Assembly: GCA_963779225.1 (NCBI GenBank) | Contig: CAVZWW010000003.1 | Span: forward strand, 1,010,034-1,074,033 | Reading direction: 5' to 3' | Origin: an uncultured Bacteroidota bacterium | GTDB taxonomy: Bacteria; Bacteroidota; Ignavibacteria; UBA10030; UBA6906 | DNA length: 64,000 nt | Shown: positions 49,038 to 58,859 of the stretch, in pieces | How positions within the stretch are numbered: position 1 is the stretch's first letter | Layout of the letters: each line of letters begins with the position of its first letter | Translations under genes and position numbers: made by a program | Notes under the pieces: generated by a model | Seen by the model: the letters and a program-made list of their open reading frames with translations, nothing else | Told to the model about the DNA's origin: nothing | Database searches by the model: none

Positions 49038-49590
49038 CAGCTTGGAAGCGAACAGAAGAAGTCGCCCTGGAGGATCCGTGGTGATCCGCCCCTGGGAACG
49101 GGGGGATCTCGAAAGCGTCCGCAGAATCACCTGGGAGACATGGCTGGCCACATATGCGGCGTTTATTCCGGAAGGTGACCTGCGCCGGTATTTTGATGAG
49201 CATTATACCGTTCAGGCGCTCGGTGAGCTGATGGCTTCTGCTTCCTTCCGCGGCCTCTTTGCTGTTGCGGAGGGGAGCGCTCTGGGCTATGCGAAGGTGC
49301 AATATCATCCGGACGATCAACGCTGTTATCTTTCCTCGCTGTATGTCATTCCCTCCGCGCAAGGCAAAGGTGTTGGCAAGCGGTTGCTCGAACAGGCGGA
49401 GTCCATCGCCCGGGAATTCGGTGTTGACGAGATCTGGCTGGGCGTGATGGTACAGAACACGCAGGCGCTTGACTGGTATACCGGACTGGGATTCACGTTT
49501 GTGCGTGAAGAGCCCTTCACCATGGGCAACACTACCGTCCGGCATCGCATCGGACACAGACCCATCCACCCAGAAGAGGTTCTTTCCTGA
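49027..49590 (+). CDS. GNAT family N-acetyltransferase
   Basis: LSSLYVIPSAQGKGVGKRLL (AcCoA motif A) and N..AL.WY..LGF (motif B). Confidence 0.85.
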   Translation: MKTDSLEANRRSRPGGSVVIRPWERGDLESVRRITWETWLATYAAFIPEGDLRRYFDEHYTVQALGELMASASFRGLFAVAEGSALGYAKVQYHPDDQRCYLSSLYVIPSAQGKGVGKRLLEQAESIAREFGVDEIWLGVMVQNTQALDWYTGLGFTFVREEPFTMGNTTVRHRIGHRPIHPEEVLS

Positions 49591-49600
49591 GGATAATGGC

Positions 49601-50890
49601 ATGGCGTTAAGCAAACCGGCAACCCGCAACCCCTGGGCATGGGTCTCCACGCTCTATTTCGCTCAGGGCATACCGTACGTGGTGGTGATGACCGTGTCAG
49701 TGATCATGTACAAGCGATTGGGCATTTCGAACACGGACATTGCTCTGTACACAAGCTGGCTGTACCTGCCCTGGGTGATCAAACCTCTCTGGAGTCCGTT
49801 TATTGAACTGTTCCGGACAAAACGGTTCTGGATTGTCTCGCTGCAGTTGATCATCGGCGCATCTCTCGCCGCGGTCGCGCTGACCGTTCCAATGCCATCC
49901 TTTTTCCAGTATACGCTGGCGATCTTCTGGCTGATGGCGTTCAGTTCAGCCACACACGATATCGCCGCAGATGGCTTCTACATGCTCGGACTGGAACAGC
50001 ACCAGCAGGCGGCGTTTGTGGGGGTGCGCAGCACGTTCTACCGGATCGCCATGATCACCGGTCAGGGTCTGCTCGTCGTCGTGGCCGGCACACTGGAAAC
50101 CAACCTGGACGGGAAAATCGCGCTGGCCTGGTCCATTACCTTCGGTATTCTTGCCGCGCTCTTCCTGGTCTTTTTCGTCTATCACCGTTTCATTTTACCC
50201 TATCCGGTGGCTGATAAAACCGCCGGGCGTGGTGGTGTGGAGAGCCCCTTTGCGGCCTTCCTCAATATTTTCGTCCTCTTCTTCAAGAAGAAGAACATTC
50301 TTGCCATAATCGCCTTTCTGCTGCTGTATCGTTTTGCCGAGGCACAACTGGTGAAGCTGGTATCGCCGTTTCTTCTGGATGCGCGCGGCGCTGGAGGGCT
50401 CGGACTCTCGACAAGTGAGGTGGGGATTGTCTACGGAACAGTAGGGATTATCGCGCTGACGCTGGGCGGTTTGCTCGGAGGGTATGTGGTCTCCCGTCAG
50501 GGGCTCCGGTTCTGGCTCTGGTTCATGGTGATCATCATCCATTTCCCCGATCTGACATTTGTGTATCTGTCGCAGGTACAGCCCGACAATTTCTACCTGA
50601 TCAACGCGGCTGTGGCGCTGGAACAGTTCGGGTACGGGTTCGGCTTCACCGCATACATGCTTTTCATGATTCTTGTATCCGAAGGCGAACATAAGACGGC
50701 CCACTATGCAATCTGCACCGGCTTCATGGCTCTCGGTATGATGATACCGGGAATGTTCAGTGGAGCCCTGCAGGAGTGGATCGGCTACAAGAGCTTCTTT
50801 ATCTGGGTGATTCTCTCCACAATCCCCGGGTTCCTGGTTGCGGCGCTGGTGAAAATCCCGCCGGATTTCGGGAAAAAGGCACAGGCCTGA
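49601..50890 (+). CDS. ampG: AmpG family muropeptide MFS permease
   Basis: LYFAQGIPY, LPWVIKPLWSPF, SATHDIAADGFY and GYGFGFTAY; about 12 TM segments; GAGGA SD. Confidence 0.88.
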   Translation: MALSKPATRNPWAWVSTLYFAQGIPYVVVMTVSVIMYKRLGISNTDIALYTSWLYLPWVIKPLWSPFIELFRTKRFWIVSLQLIIGASLAAVALTVPMPSFFQYTLAIFWLMAFSSATHDIAADGFYMLGLEQHQQAAFVGVRSTFYRIAMITGQGLLVVVAGTLETNLDGKIALAWSITFGILAALFLVFFVYHRFILPYPVADKTAGRGGVESPFAAFLNIFVLFFKKKNILAIIAFLLLYRFAEAQLVKLVSPFLLDARGAGGLGLSTSEVGIVYGTVGIIALTLGGLLGGYVVSRQGLRFWLWFMVIIIHFPDLTFVYLSQVQPDNFYLINAAVALEQFGYGFGFTAYMLFMILVSEGEHKTAHYAICTGFMALGMMIPGMFSGALQEWIGYKSFFIWVILSTIPGFLVAALVKIPPDFGKKAQA

Positions 50891-50921
50891 GCGACAATAA
50901 AGGGAAGGAAGAACGCCACCG

Positions 50922-52391
50922 ATGAAACCGATCACCGCATTCCTGCCTTACACGGGCGAGCCGTTCACACGCGAGACGGTTGAATTCCTCCGCAAATCCG
51001 GACTGGTGGAACGTGTTGTTCTGCTTGCCGTTGGCGAGGATCTTCCGAATATCGAAGGATGTCTCTCCGTGCCGGTTGCCTCCCTGCACGGGAGCAAGAC
51101 TATGGCCGTGCTGGCCAAACAGACGAAGACCCCGTATGCTCTCCTGTTGTTGCACGATACGCAAATCGACTTCGGCCAGTTCGGCATCGAACGGTTTCTC
51201 CGTGTTGCAGAGGAAACAGGGGCCGGGATGGTTTTTGCCGACTATTTCGACATGAAAGAAGGCAAGCGGACTCCGCACCCCGTCATCGAATATCAGTCTG
51301 GTAGCCTGCGTGACGATTTCAATTTTGGTTCGGTGGTGCTGCTCCGGAGCGCGGGGGTAAAACGGGCGGCAGCTGATCTGAAGGGAGGAAAACTGGTATT
51401 TGCAGGATGGTACGCTCTCCGCCTTGCGCTCTCCCGCCGGGCGCCGCTGGTACGTGTCGGCGAATTCCTCTATAGTAAGGTCGAAAGCGACGTGCGCAAG
51501 TCGGGCGAAAGACTCTTCGATTACGTTGATCCGAAAAACCGCCAGGTGCAGATCGAAATGGAGCGGGCGGTGACCGGGCATTTGAAAAAGATCGGTGCGT
51601 ACCTCAAACCCGGGTTCGCAAAGATCAAGCTGGACGAAGGGGAGTTTCCGGTCGAGGCGTCGGTGATCATTCCCGTGAAGAACCGCACGAAGACCGTCGG
51701 CGAGGCTGTGGAGTCGGTTCTGAAACAACAGACAACATTTCCGTTTAACGTCATTGTCGTGGACAACCATTCGACGGATGGGACCACGGACGTTCTGCGC
51801 GCTCTTGCCGCGCGCGATTCCCGTGTTCTGCACGTCATTCCCGAACGCCTGGACCTGGGCATCGGGGGGTGCTGGAACGAAGGGGCGCATCACGGGCGGT
51901 GCGGCCGTTTTGCGGTTCAGCTCGATTCTGACGATCTGTACAAAGACGGCACCACGCTCCAGCGTGTCGTGGACACATTCAAAAGGGAACGGTGTGCGAT
52001 GGTGATCGGGAGCTACCAGATGACCAACTTCGCGCTTGAACCGATCCCCCCCGGTGTGATCGAGCATCGCGAGTGGACCCCTGCGAACGGCCGGAACAAT
52101 GCCCTGCGCATCAATGGCCTGGGTGCCCCCCGGGCGTTCTACACACCGGTCCTGCGGAAAATCAAGATTCCGAATGTCAGCTACGGTGAAGATTACGCGC
52201 TGGGCCTGGCAATTTCACGGGAGTTTCAGATCGGCAGGATCTATGAACCGATCTACCTCTGCCGCCGCTGGGAAGGAAATTCGGATGCAGATCTGGATGT
52301 GAACAGGTTAAACGGGTTCAACTTCTACAAGGACAAGATCCGGACATTCGAGGTGATGGCGCGGATCAAGAAGAACCGGACGGCACGCTAG
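50922..52391 (+). CDS. Glycosyltransferase family 2 protein (two GT-A-like halves)
   Basis: [27 protein letters not shown] (DxD) and SYGEDY; N-terminal half looks like a degenerate GT-A domain. Confidence 0.85.
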   Translation: MKPITAFLPYTGEPFTRETVEFLRKSGLVERVVLLAVGEDLPNIEGCLSVPVASLHGSKTMAVLAKQTKTPYALLLLHDTQIDFGQFGIERFLRVAEETGAGMVFADYFDMKEGKRTPHPVIEYQSGSLRDDFNFGSVVLLRSAGVKRAAADLKGGKLVFAGWYALRLALSRRAPLVRVGEFLYSKVESDVRKSGERLFDYVDPKNRQVQIEMERAVTGHLKKIGAYLKPGFAKIKLDEGEFPVEASVIIPVKNRTKTVGEAVESVLKQQTTFPFNVIVVDNHSTDGTTDVLRALAARDSRVLHVIPERLDLGIGGCWNEGAHHGRCGRFAVQLDSDDLYKDGTTLQRVVDTFKRERCAMVIGSYQMTNFALEPIPPGVIEHREWTPANGRNNALRINGLGAPRAFYTPVLRKIKIPNVSYGEDYALGLAISREFQIGRIYEPIYLCRRWEGNSDADLDVNRLNGFNFYKDKIRTFEVMARIKKNRTAR

Positions 52392-52433
52392 CGGCTGTTG
52401 AAAAGGTGTCTTTACAGACATTGACGGGATCTT

Positions 52434-53438
52434 ATGCTTGAACAATTGATGCTCTCTCCTGATGTGCTTGCGTCCCGGACAGGCGGCCCCGGCATTGCGC
52501 AGCTGAGCCGGGCGTTGCTGGATCAACAAAAGGAGACCTGGGAGTTGCTGCGCAACGGATACCGGAGTCTGGAAACCGTGCGTACGCGGGAGTTTGGCTT
52601 TGACGACGCACGCATCCTGATTCAGTACAACCCCGGCCGGATAGCATCGTCTTCTGCAAAAGTGGACGACAAGTCCATCAAAGAACGGAAGTGCTTTCTC
52701 TGTGTGCAGCATCTTCCCCCCGATCAGCGTGGCCTTGCCTATGGTGACGGGTACGTAATTCTGTGTAACCCCTTTCCCATCACCCCCGAACATTTCACCA
52801 TTCCGCGGATAGCGCACGTTCCACAGCGCATCGAGGGGACACTTGATGTATTGCTGGATCTTGCCCGGGATATGAGCCCGCTCTATTCTATCTTCTACAA
52901 CGGTCCCAGGTGCGGCGCATCGGCTCCTGATCATATGCACTTTCAAGCCGGAACGCATGGATTTATGCCGATTGATGCCGAATTTCCCCGCCTGAGCGAA
53001 CTCTTCGGAACCGTTATCATCTCTCAGGAAGGATATCGTGCTGTTGCGGTGAGCGGTCCTCTCAGGCGTTTTCTGGCGCTGGAAGGGAGTCGCCGGGATC
53101 TGATTGCAGACGGGTTTGCGCGCTATCTCGGGGTCTTGAGGGAGAAAACCGGAGAGCCGGATGAACCGATGGTCAACGTGCTGGGATCATATCAGGATGG
53201 AGAGTGGCGGATCCTGGTCTTTCCCCGCACACGGCACCGTCCGTCATTCTTCTTTGCGGAAGGAGAAAAACGTCTCTTGATCAGTCCCGCGGCGGTGGAT
53301 GTCGGCGGCGTCAGTGTCACACCCCTCGAGGAGGACTTCAAAAAGATCACCCGGGAGCACATCCTCCAGATGTTCGAGGAGGTGACGCTCGGACGGGATG
53401 CGTTCCGGCAGGGTGTGGAGGACTGGGCGGAGGGGTAG
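52434..53438 (+). CDS. DUF4922 family protein (HIT-like nucleotidyltransferase/phosphorylase fold)
   Basis: QYNPGRI.SS.AK, CFLC, LCNPFPI..EHFTI, YNGPRCGASAPDHMHFQ (HxHxQ) and ISPAAVD. Confidence 0.82.
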   Translation: MLEQLMLSPDVLASRTGGPGIAQLSRALLDQQKETWELLRNGYRSLETVRTREFGFDDARILIQYNPGRIASSSAKVDDKSIKERKCFLCVQHLPPDQRGLAYGDGYVILCNPFPITPEHFTIPRIAHVPQRIEGTLDVLLDLARDMSPLYSIFYNGPRCGASAPDHMHFQAGTHGFMPIDAEFPRLSELFGTVIISQEGYRAVAVSGPLRRFLALEGSRRDLIADGFARYLGVLREKTGEPDEPMVNVLGSYQDGEWRILVFPRTRHRPSFFFAEGEKRLLISPAAVDVGGVSVTPLEEDFKKITREHILQMFEEVTLGRDAFRQGVEDWAEG

Positions 53439-53453
53439 CTTCTTCCCGGGCCG

Positions 53454-54692
53454 TTAGTACAGCAGATATTTCTTTGATCTCGCCTTGAACTCCCCGGTTC
53501 CCCCTTCCAGCAAGTCCTTCACATCATCATAGCGCATCCGTGCGGTAAATGCCGTGCGCACTTTGTCCGTTCCGGCCACTTTGTCAAACATCTTTATCCT
53601 GGAACCGTCCGCGAGTGTAAAGGGGTTCTTTTCCGGATACAACTGATTGTGCACCTCAAGGAATCGGAACTGGACGCTGATCAGGTTGACGATGCCCGGG
53701 TCGATAATGTGGACCTGAACGCCCTGCAGTGTCTTTCCGGTGGATCTGCCGTAGAAGGGTTTTAGTGTGATCGGACGGAAAATCAGTCCGGGCATCTTCA
53801 ATGCATTCATCTGTGCTGCAAGGGCCGCGCCGTTGATCCATTCCGCTGCAAGGAGTTGGAAGGGGAGTGTGTATCCGACCCCCTCCGAAATCACCCCCAA
53901 CTCGCCGAGAATCCCCGTGCTCACATAGTACAGGGGGGAGTAGGCGTGGGGGATATGGGGCGACGAGGGCACCCATGGCAATCCGGTTTCGACGAACGTC
54001 ATCGATCGTTTCCACCCCTTCATGGGAACCACCGTCAGGCTACACCGGACGCCGCCGGAGAGCATTCCCTCATCGTTCAGCATGCGCGCGAGTTCGCCGC
54101 ATGTCAGACCGTACACATACGGGATCGGAAACTGACTCACGAAAGAGAAGAATCCCTTTTCGACACTGTTCCCTTCAACCCGGTTTCCGCCGAGCGGGTT
54201 CGGCCGGTCGAGCACCACAAACGGAATTCCCTGTGTTGCCGCTGCCTCCATTGCCAGACCCATGGTGCTGATATAGGTATAGGAACGGCACCCGATATCC
54301 TGGATATCGTAGACGAGAACGTCAACCCCTTTGAGCATGTCGGGTGTGGGCTTCCGGGTCTTGCCATAAAGGGAGTAGACCGGGAGTTTGGTCTGGGGAT
54401 CGGTATAGAAGTCGACGATGTCGCCGGCGGCATAATCGCCGCGAACACCGTGTTCGGGGCCATAGAGAGCGACCAGCGAGAAATCCTTTGCGGCAAACAG
54501 AATATCGATCGTGGCCCGTAATTGCCTGTCGACCCCGGTGGGGTTGGTGATCAGGCCCACCCGCTTGCCCCGGAGGAGATCAAACGATCGGTCCCGGAGG
54601 ACTTCGATGCCGGTCTGTACCTCAGGAGAACCGGCCAATGCAGTTGCGAAAACCACGATGGAAAGAACGCCGATGGTCAATGTGCGGTTCAT
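53454..54692 (-). CDS. namZ: Exo-beta-N-acetylmuramidase NamZ family (DUF1343)
   Basis: RVGLITNPTG, GPEHGVRG, VYSLYG, DIQDIGCRSYTY, LDRPNP, GLTCGELA and WVPSSPHIP; signal peptide. Confidence 0.9.
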   Translation of the reverse strand: MNRTLTIGVLSIVVFATALAGSPEVQTGIEVLRDRSFDLLRGKRVGLITNPTGVDRQLRATIDILFAAKDFSLVALYGPEHGVRGDYAAGDIVDFYTDPQTKLPVYSLYGKTRKPTPDMLKGVDVLVYDIQDIGCRSYTYISTMGLAMEAAATQGIPFVVLDRPNPLGGNRVEGNSVEKGFFSFVSQFPIPYVYGLTCGELARMLNDEGMLSGGVRCSLTVVPMKGWKRSMTFVETGLPWVPSSPHIPHAYSPLYYVSTGILGELGVISEGVGYTLPFQLLAAEWINGAALAAQMNALKMPGLIFRPITLKPFYGRSTGKTLQGVQVHIIDPGIVNLISVQFRFLEVHNQLYPEKNPFTLADGSRIKMFDKVAGTDKVRTAFTARMRYDDVKDLLEGGTGEFKARSKKYLLY

Positions 54693-54825
54693 GGTCTTTC
54701 GGAGAGTTGTGAAGGGAAGAGATACAACAAGCTACGATCTGCCTGGAATAAAGTCAACTTGATGGGCGCTCGTTTGACCGGTCAATCGGGCGGGACATCC
54801 GGCCTGACTGTGAAGCAGGGCTGCC

Positions 54826-54854
54826 TTGATAGTCTACTCCTCATTCGGTACATT
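54826..54854 (+). promoter_or_regulatory. Candidate sigma70 promoter for the kinase-GH3 operon (TTGATA-N17-TACATT)
   Basis: TTGATA at 54826-54831, 17-nt spacer, TACATT at 54849-54854, in the divergent gap. Confidence 0.5.
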
Positions 54855-54903
54855 GAAAAAACTCGTTGCATCACTCATTCATTGCATGCAGACCGTCGGA
54901 AGC

Positions 54904-55845
54904 ATGAGCACAGCACGAAGACTTGTCCTGGGAGCCGATGGCGGAGGCACGAAAACACTTGGGATCCTCGCCGCTGAAGATGGTACCGAACTCAGCCGTT
55001 TACAGGTAGGGCCGGGAAACCCCAATGTTGCAGGAGTCGAGGGTGCGGCCGGAAATCTCCTGGATCTTATTGCGGGTTGTTGTGAACGCGCGGGATCTAC
55101 TCCCACGGAAGTGCATTCGATAGTGTTCGGCCTGGCGGGAGTGGGAAGCCAGACGGTTCGCTCCAGACTCGCCGATGCGCTGCGTGCTGAGTCGGCGATC
55201 CGTGGTATGCGGGAGCTTCCCATCACACTGGAAACGGATTCGCGCATCGCGCTCGAAGGGGCATTTGCCGGAGGCCCCGGAGTGGTGATGATCGCCGGCA
55301 CCGGCTCAAACCTTATCGGCAAGCTTCCTGACGGCACGGTACGATCTGTCGGTGGGTGGGGGAGGGTGTTGGGCGATGAAGGGAGCGGATACTTCATCGG
55401 TCTGGAGGCGACGAAAGCCGTTTCCCGCGACATGGACGGTCGTGAAGATGCAACCGTTCTACGGAAGGTTCTTGCCGAAGCAACCGGGTGGAACTCCCGT
55501 GACAGGGTGATTGCCGCGGTCTATCAGGACAAATTCGATCTTGCCTCCCTTGCCCCCCTTGTCCTGAAGGTTGCCGGGGAGAACGATCCGGCCGCACTGG
55601 CCATCCTGCGCCGGGCGGCATCACACATGGTCGATCAACTGAAGGCGATGGCCCTTGCCATGGGTTCCCAGTCAAATATAGGTGTGGTCTTCGTTGGTGG
55701 GCTGATCGATCACGATACCGTGTATGCGCGTCTGTTGCGGGAAACGATAGCAGAGATCATCCCTTCGGTACGGGTGCATACGGCACTTCATCCGCCTGTC
55801 CGCGGTGCCGTCCTCATGGCACTTTCCCAACTGCAAAGGAATTAA
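54904..55845 (+). CDS. BadF/BadG/BcrA/BcrD-family sugar kinase, MurK-like (GlcNAc/MurNAc kinase)
   Basis: LGADGGGTKT, FGLAG, IAGTGS and GGWGRVLGDEGSGY; PG-recycling context. Confidence 0.85.
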   Translation: MSTARRLVLGADGGGTKTLGILAAEDGTELSRLQVGPGNPNVAGVEGAAGNLLDLIAGCCERAGSTPTEVHSIVFGLAGVGSQTVRSRLADALRAESAIRGMRELPITLETDSRIALEGAFAGGPGVVMIAGTGSNLIGKLPDGTVRSVGGWGRVLGDEGSGYFIGLEATKAVSRDMDGREDATVLRKVLAEATGWNSRDRVIAAVYQDKFDLASLAPLVLKVAGENDPAALAILRRAASHMVDQLKAMALAMGSQSNIGVVFVGGLIDHDTVYARLLRETIAEIIPSVRVHTALHPPVRGAVLMALSQLQRN

Positions 55846-58794
55846 ATGTCTTCAAGAATACGTCATCTGTCTCTGTTGTGCATATCTTCCCTCGCGTTAC
55901 TGGGACTGGCCTGTGGACCCTGGACGCTGACTCCAGTGCAAGAGCCCTCCCGGGCGCCGGTTCCCGTCATGGCTGCCGGTCATGACGGATGGGTCGACAG
56001 TGTGCTGACAACGATGTCGGATGAAGAGAAGGTCGGCCAGCTGGTCATGGTAGGCCTCTATGGTCAGTACTACAGTACGCAGACAGACGAACACGCCCGT
56101 CTCGTGCACCTGATTCGCGACCATCACATCGGCGGCTTCATACTCTGGCAGGGCGATGTCTTTGAATCCGCCGTACGCCTGAATTCCCTGCAGGGGCTTT
56201 CACGTCTGCCGTTGCTTGTGAGCGGAGACTACGAGAGAGGTCTGCCGATGCGAACCCGGCGCGGGACTCCCTTCCCGGACGCAATGGCGCTGGGTGCCAC
56301 GCGGAACCCGCGGTATGCGTATGAAGTGGGGCGGGCGATCGCACGCGAAGCCCGCGCCATCGGGGTCCATCAGAACTATGCCCCTGTGGCCGATGTGAAC
56401 ACCAACCCGATGAACCCCGTCATCAATACCCGGTCTTTCGGTGAGGATGTCCGGCTCGTTCAGGAAATGGTGGGCGCATTCGTGAAGGGAACCCTGGACG
56501 GGGGTGCTCTTCCAACAGCAAAACATTTCCCGGGCCACGGGGATACGGGGGTCGATTCCCATCTTGACCTTCCGGTGTTGCAGTACACGCGCGATCGCCT
56601 GGATTCTGTTGAACTTGCGCCCTTCCGCTCCGCGATTGATGCGGGAACTCCTTCGATAATGATTGCACACATTGCTGTGCCCGTCTTCGACCCCGACCGA
56701 TCGGTTCCCTCGTCGCTTTCGACAGCGGCCATCGGCACGGTGCTGCATGACCAGCTGGGGTTTGATGGGCTGGTGGTGACCGACGCCATGGACATGCGGG
56801 GGGTCACGCGGGATTTTTCGCCCGGGCAATCCACGGTGATGGCGGTGAAGGCGGGTGTCGATATCGTTCTCATGCCCCCCGATGAGGATGCGGCGTTTGA
56901 TGCCCTGGTGGCCGCTGTTCGCTCCGGGGAGATCAGTCATGCACGGCTGGATGTTTCCGTACGCAAGGTTCTTACGGTAAAACAGAGGCTCGGACTCGAC
57001 ACACTCCGCACGGTGGATATTGACCGTATCCCTGAAGTTGTCGGGAGCAGGGACCATCGTTTGCTGGCCCGTGAGGTGGCGCGGACCGCCATAACGGTTC
57101 TCAAGAACATGAACGGGGTGTTCCCACTTGCCGACGGCAATGGTCACAGGGTGGTCTCCATTGTCCTGAGTGATTCGCAGGATAGCCGTGTTGATATCAA
57201 CCGGGCGGGCAGCCCATGGCCGTGCGAGCCTCCGGGAGCGTACTTCCACCAACAGCTCCAACGGCGTGTCGGCCGTTTTGAGACATACCGCCTCTCTCCC
57301 TCCAGCAATACCATGGATATTGAAGCGGCAGTTGAACGGATGAAAAAGGCGGATCTTGTATTCTTTCCTGTCTATCTGAAAGTGCGCACGTCGTCCGGGC
57401 GCATCGGCATGCCCCCTGCATTTCTCTCCATTCTGAAAGCGGCGGAATCGGTCCGGGGGACGGTGGTGGCCGTCCTGTTCGGGAATCCGTATCTGGCTGC
57501 ACATTTCCCGGGGGCAAAGGGAGTGTTGTGCGCGTATGGGGACAGCGAGCCCCAGGTGGAAGCAGCGGTGGAAGCTCTCTTTGGAGAGATCGGAGTGTGC
57601 GGAAAGCTGCCCGTCACCATTGCCGGGACCTTTCCCTTCGGCAGCGGCCTCGTCTGTCCCGCGGACCGTTTACGCCGGGAGGATCCCGCCGCGGCGGGTT
57701 TCGTGCCTGAGAAGCTTGCCGAACTGGACGGAATCATCACCGCGGCGATCCGGGATTCCGCGTTTCCCGCCGCACAACTCCTGGTACTCAAAGATGGAAT
57801 GATTGCGTACAACGCTGCGTTCGGTACGTACACGTACGACCCGATTTCGGGCCCCATCGACAATGCCTCCCTGTTTGATCTGGCGTCGGTGAGCAAAGTC
57901 ATCGGCACCACGACGGCCGTGATGGAGCTTATTGATGCGGGTAAACTCTCACTGGACGATTATGCGTCGAAATACCTTCCCCACCTGGCGGCGGGAAGTA
58001 AGGCGAAAATCACCATCAGACATCTGCTGACGCACAGGGCGGGGTTCCCGCCTTTCAAGCGGTTCTTCCTGATGTGCGGCAGCGCGGCTGAAGCGCTGGA
58101 TTCCGTGTATGCGACCGAATTGGTTGCGGAGCCGGGAGACACAACCATTTACAGCGACATCGGAATGATCACGCTGGGAAAGATCGTGGAGAAGATTGCG
58201 GGGATGTCGCAGGCCACTCTGCTGGCGAATGATTTTTTTGGTCCTCTGGGGATGAAGAACACCATGTACAATCCACCCCGGGTGTTGTGGGAGCGTGTCG
58301 TGCCGACGGAGATCGATACCGTCTGGCGCAAGGCTCTTGTCCGCGGCATTGTGCACGATGAAAATGCGGCGCTGCTGGGTGGTGTTGCGGGACATGCGGG
58401 CCTGTTTTCGACGGCCTCCGATCTGGCCATTTATGTGCAGATGCTCCTTAACCACGGAACCTATGGTGGTGTCCGGTATCTCGCCGAAAGCACGGTCGTG
58501 GAATTCACCGGTGCGCATAGGGAGGGCCAGGACAGGTATCTGGGTTGGGACATGAAGTCGCCCGTAGGTTCCTCTGCAGGGACCCTCTTTTCTCCATCGT
58601 CATTCGGTCACACAGGATTCACCGGTACATCTATCTGGGTGGATCCGGAGAGGAAACTGGGCGTGATTCTGCTGACAAACAGGGTACACCCTACGCGGGC
58701 CAACCAGAAAATCTCGCGTGTTCGTCCGGCAGTCCACGATGCGGTGGTCCGGGCGCTGGCAGAAGACTCGATGCAGAGCTCAAGAGGGGGGTAA
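55846..58794 (+). CDS. Lipoprotein: GH3 beta-N-acetylglucosaminidase (NagZ-type) fused to a beta-lactamase-fold serine hydrolase (AmiE-like)
   Basis: Lipobox LGLA-C; DYERG, APVADVN, RSFG, KHFPGHGDT..DSH (NagZ motif) and VTDAMDM; C-terminal domain FDLASVSK, LLTH, YSD and GHTGFTGT. Confidence 0.9.
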   Translation: MSSRIRHLSLLCISSLALLGLACGPWTLTPVQEPSRAPVPVMAAGHDGWVDSVLTTMSDEEKVGQLVMVGLYGQYYSTQTDEHARLVHLIRDHHIGGFILWQGDVFESAVRLNSLQGLSRLPLLVSGDYERGLPMRTRRGTPFPDAMALGATRNPRYAYEVGRAIAREARAIGVHQNYAPVADVNTNPMNPVINTRSFGEDVRLVQEMVGAFVKGTLDGGALPTAKHFPGHGDTGVDSHLDLPVLQYTRDRLDSVELAPFRSAIDAGTPSIMIAHIAVPVFDPDRSVPSSLSTAAIGTVLHDQLGFDGLVVTDAMDMRGVTRDFSPGQSTVMAVKAGVDIVLMPPDEDAAFDALVAAVRSGEISHARLDVSVRKVLTVKQRLGLDTLRTVDIDRIPEVVGSRDHRLLAREVARTAITVLKNMNGVFPLADGNGHRVVSIVLSDSQDSRVDINRAGSPWPCEPPGAYFHQQLQRRVGRFETYRLSPSSNTMDIEAAVERMKKADLVFFPVYLKVRTSSGRIGMPPAFLSILKAAESVRGTVVAVLFGNPYLAAHFPGAKGVLCAYGDSEPQVEAAVEALFGEIGVCGKLPVTIAGTFPFGSGLVCPADRLRREDPAAAGFVPEKLAELDGIITAAIRDSAFPAAQLLVLKDGMIAYNAAFGTYTYDPISGPIDNASLFDLASVSKVIGTTTAVMELIDAGKLSLDDYASKYLPHLAAGSKAKITIRHLLTHRAGFPPFKRFFLMCGSAAEALDSVYATELVAEPGDTTIYSDIGMITLGKIVEKIAGMSQATLLANDFFGPLGMKNTMYNPPRVLWERVVPTEIDTVWRKALVRGIVHDENAALLGGVAGHAGLFSTASDLAIYVQMLLNHGTYGGVRYLAESTVVEFTGAHREGQDRYLGWDMKSPVGSSAGTLFSPSSFGHTGFTGTSIWVDPERKLGVILLTNRVHPTRANQKISRVRPAVHDAVVRALAEDSMQSSRGG

Positions 58795-58859
58795 TCACGG
58801 GTGGGGTGGGATCGGAAGCAATTCCGGGGAATCCAGGAAGAAGGCGGGAGGTATTGGCG

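Noticed and set aside
103-57504. Many long antisense or alternate-frame ORFs (e.g. 103-1008, 4640-5854, 11620-12993, 14966-16315, 37080-38339, 42437-43792, 50799-52067, 56200-57504)
   Set aside because: They shadow well-supported genes, have no recognisable motifs, and are expected from GC-rich codon bias
39617-58794. The two beta-lactamase-fold domains and ampG as a resistance cluster
   Set aside because: The class-A-like domain lacks the Glu166 motif, the other domain is fused to NagZ like AmiE-type enzymes, and there is no ampR/ampC arrangement
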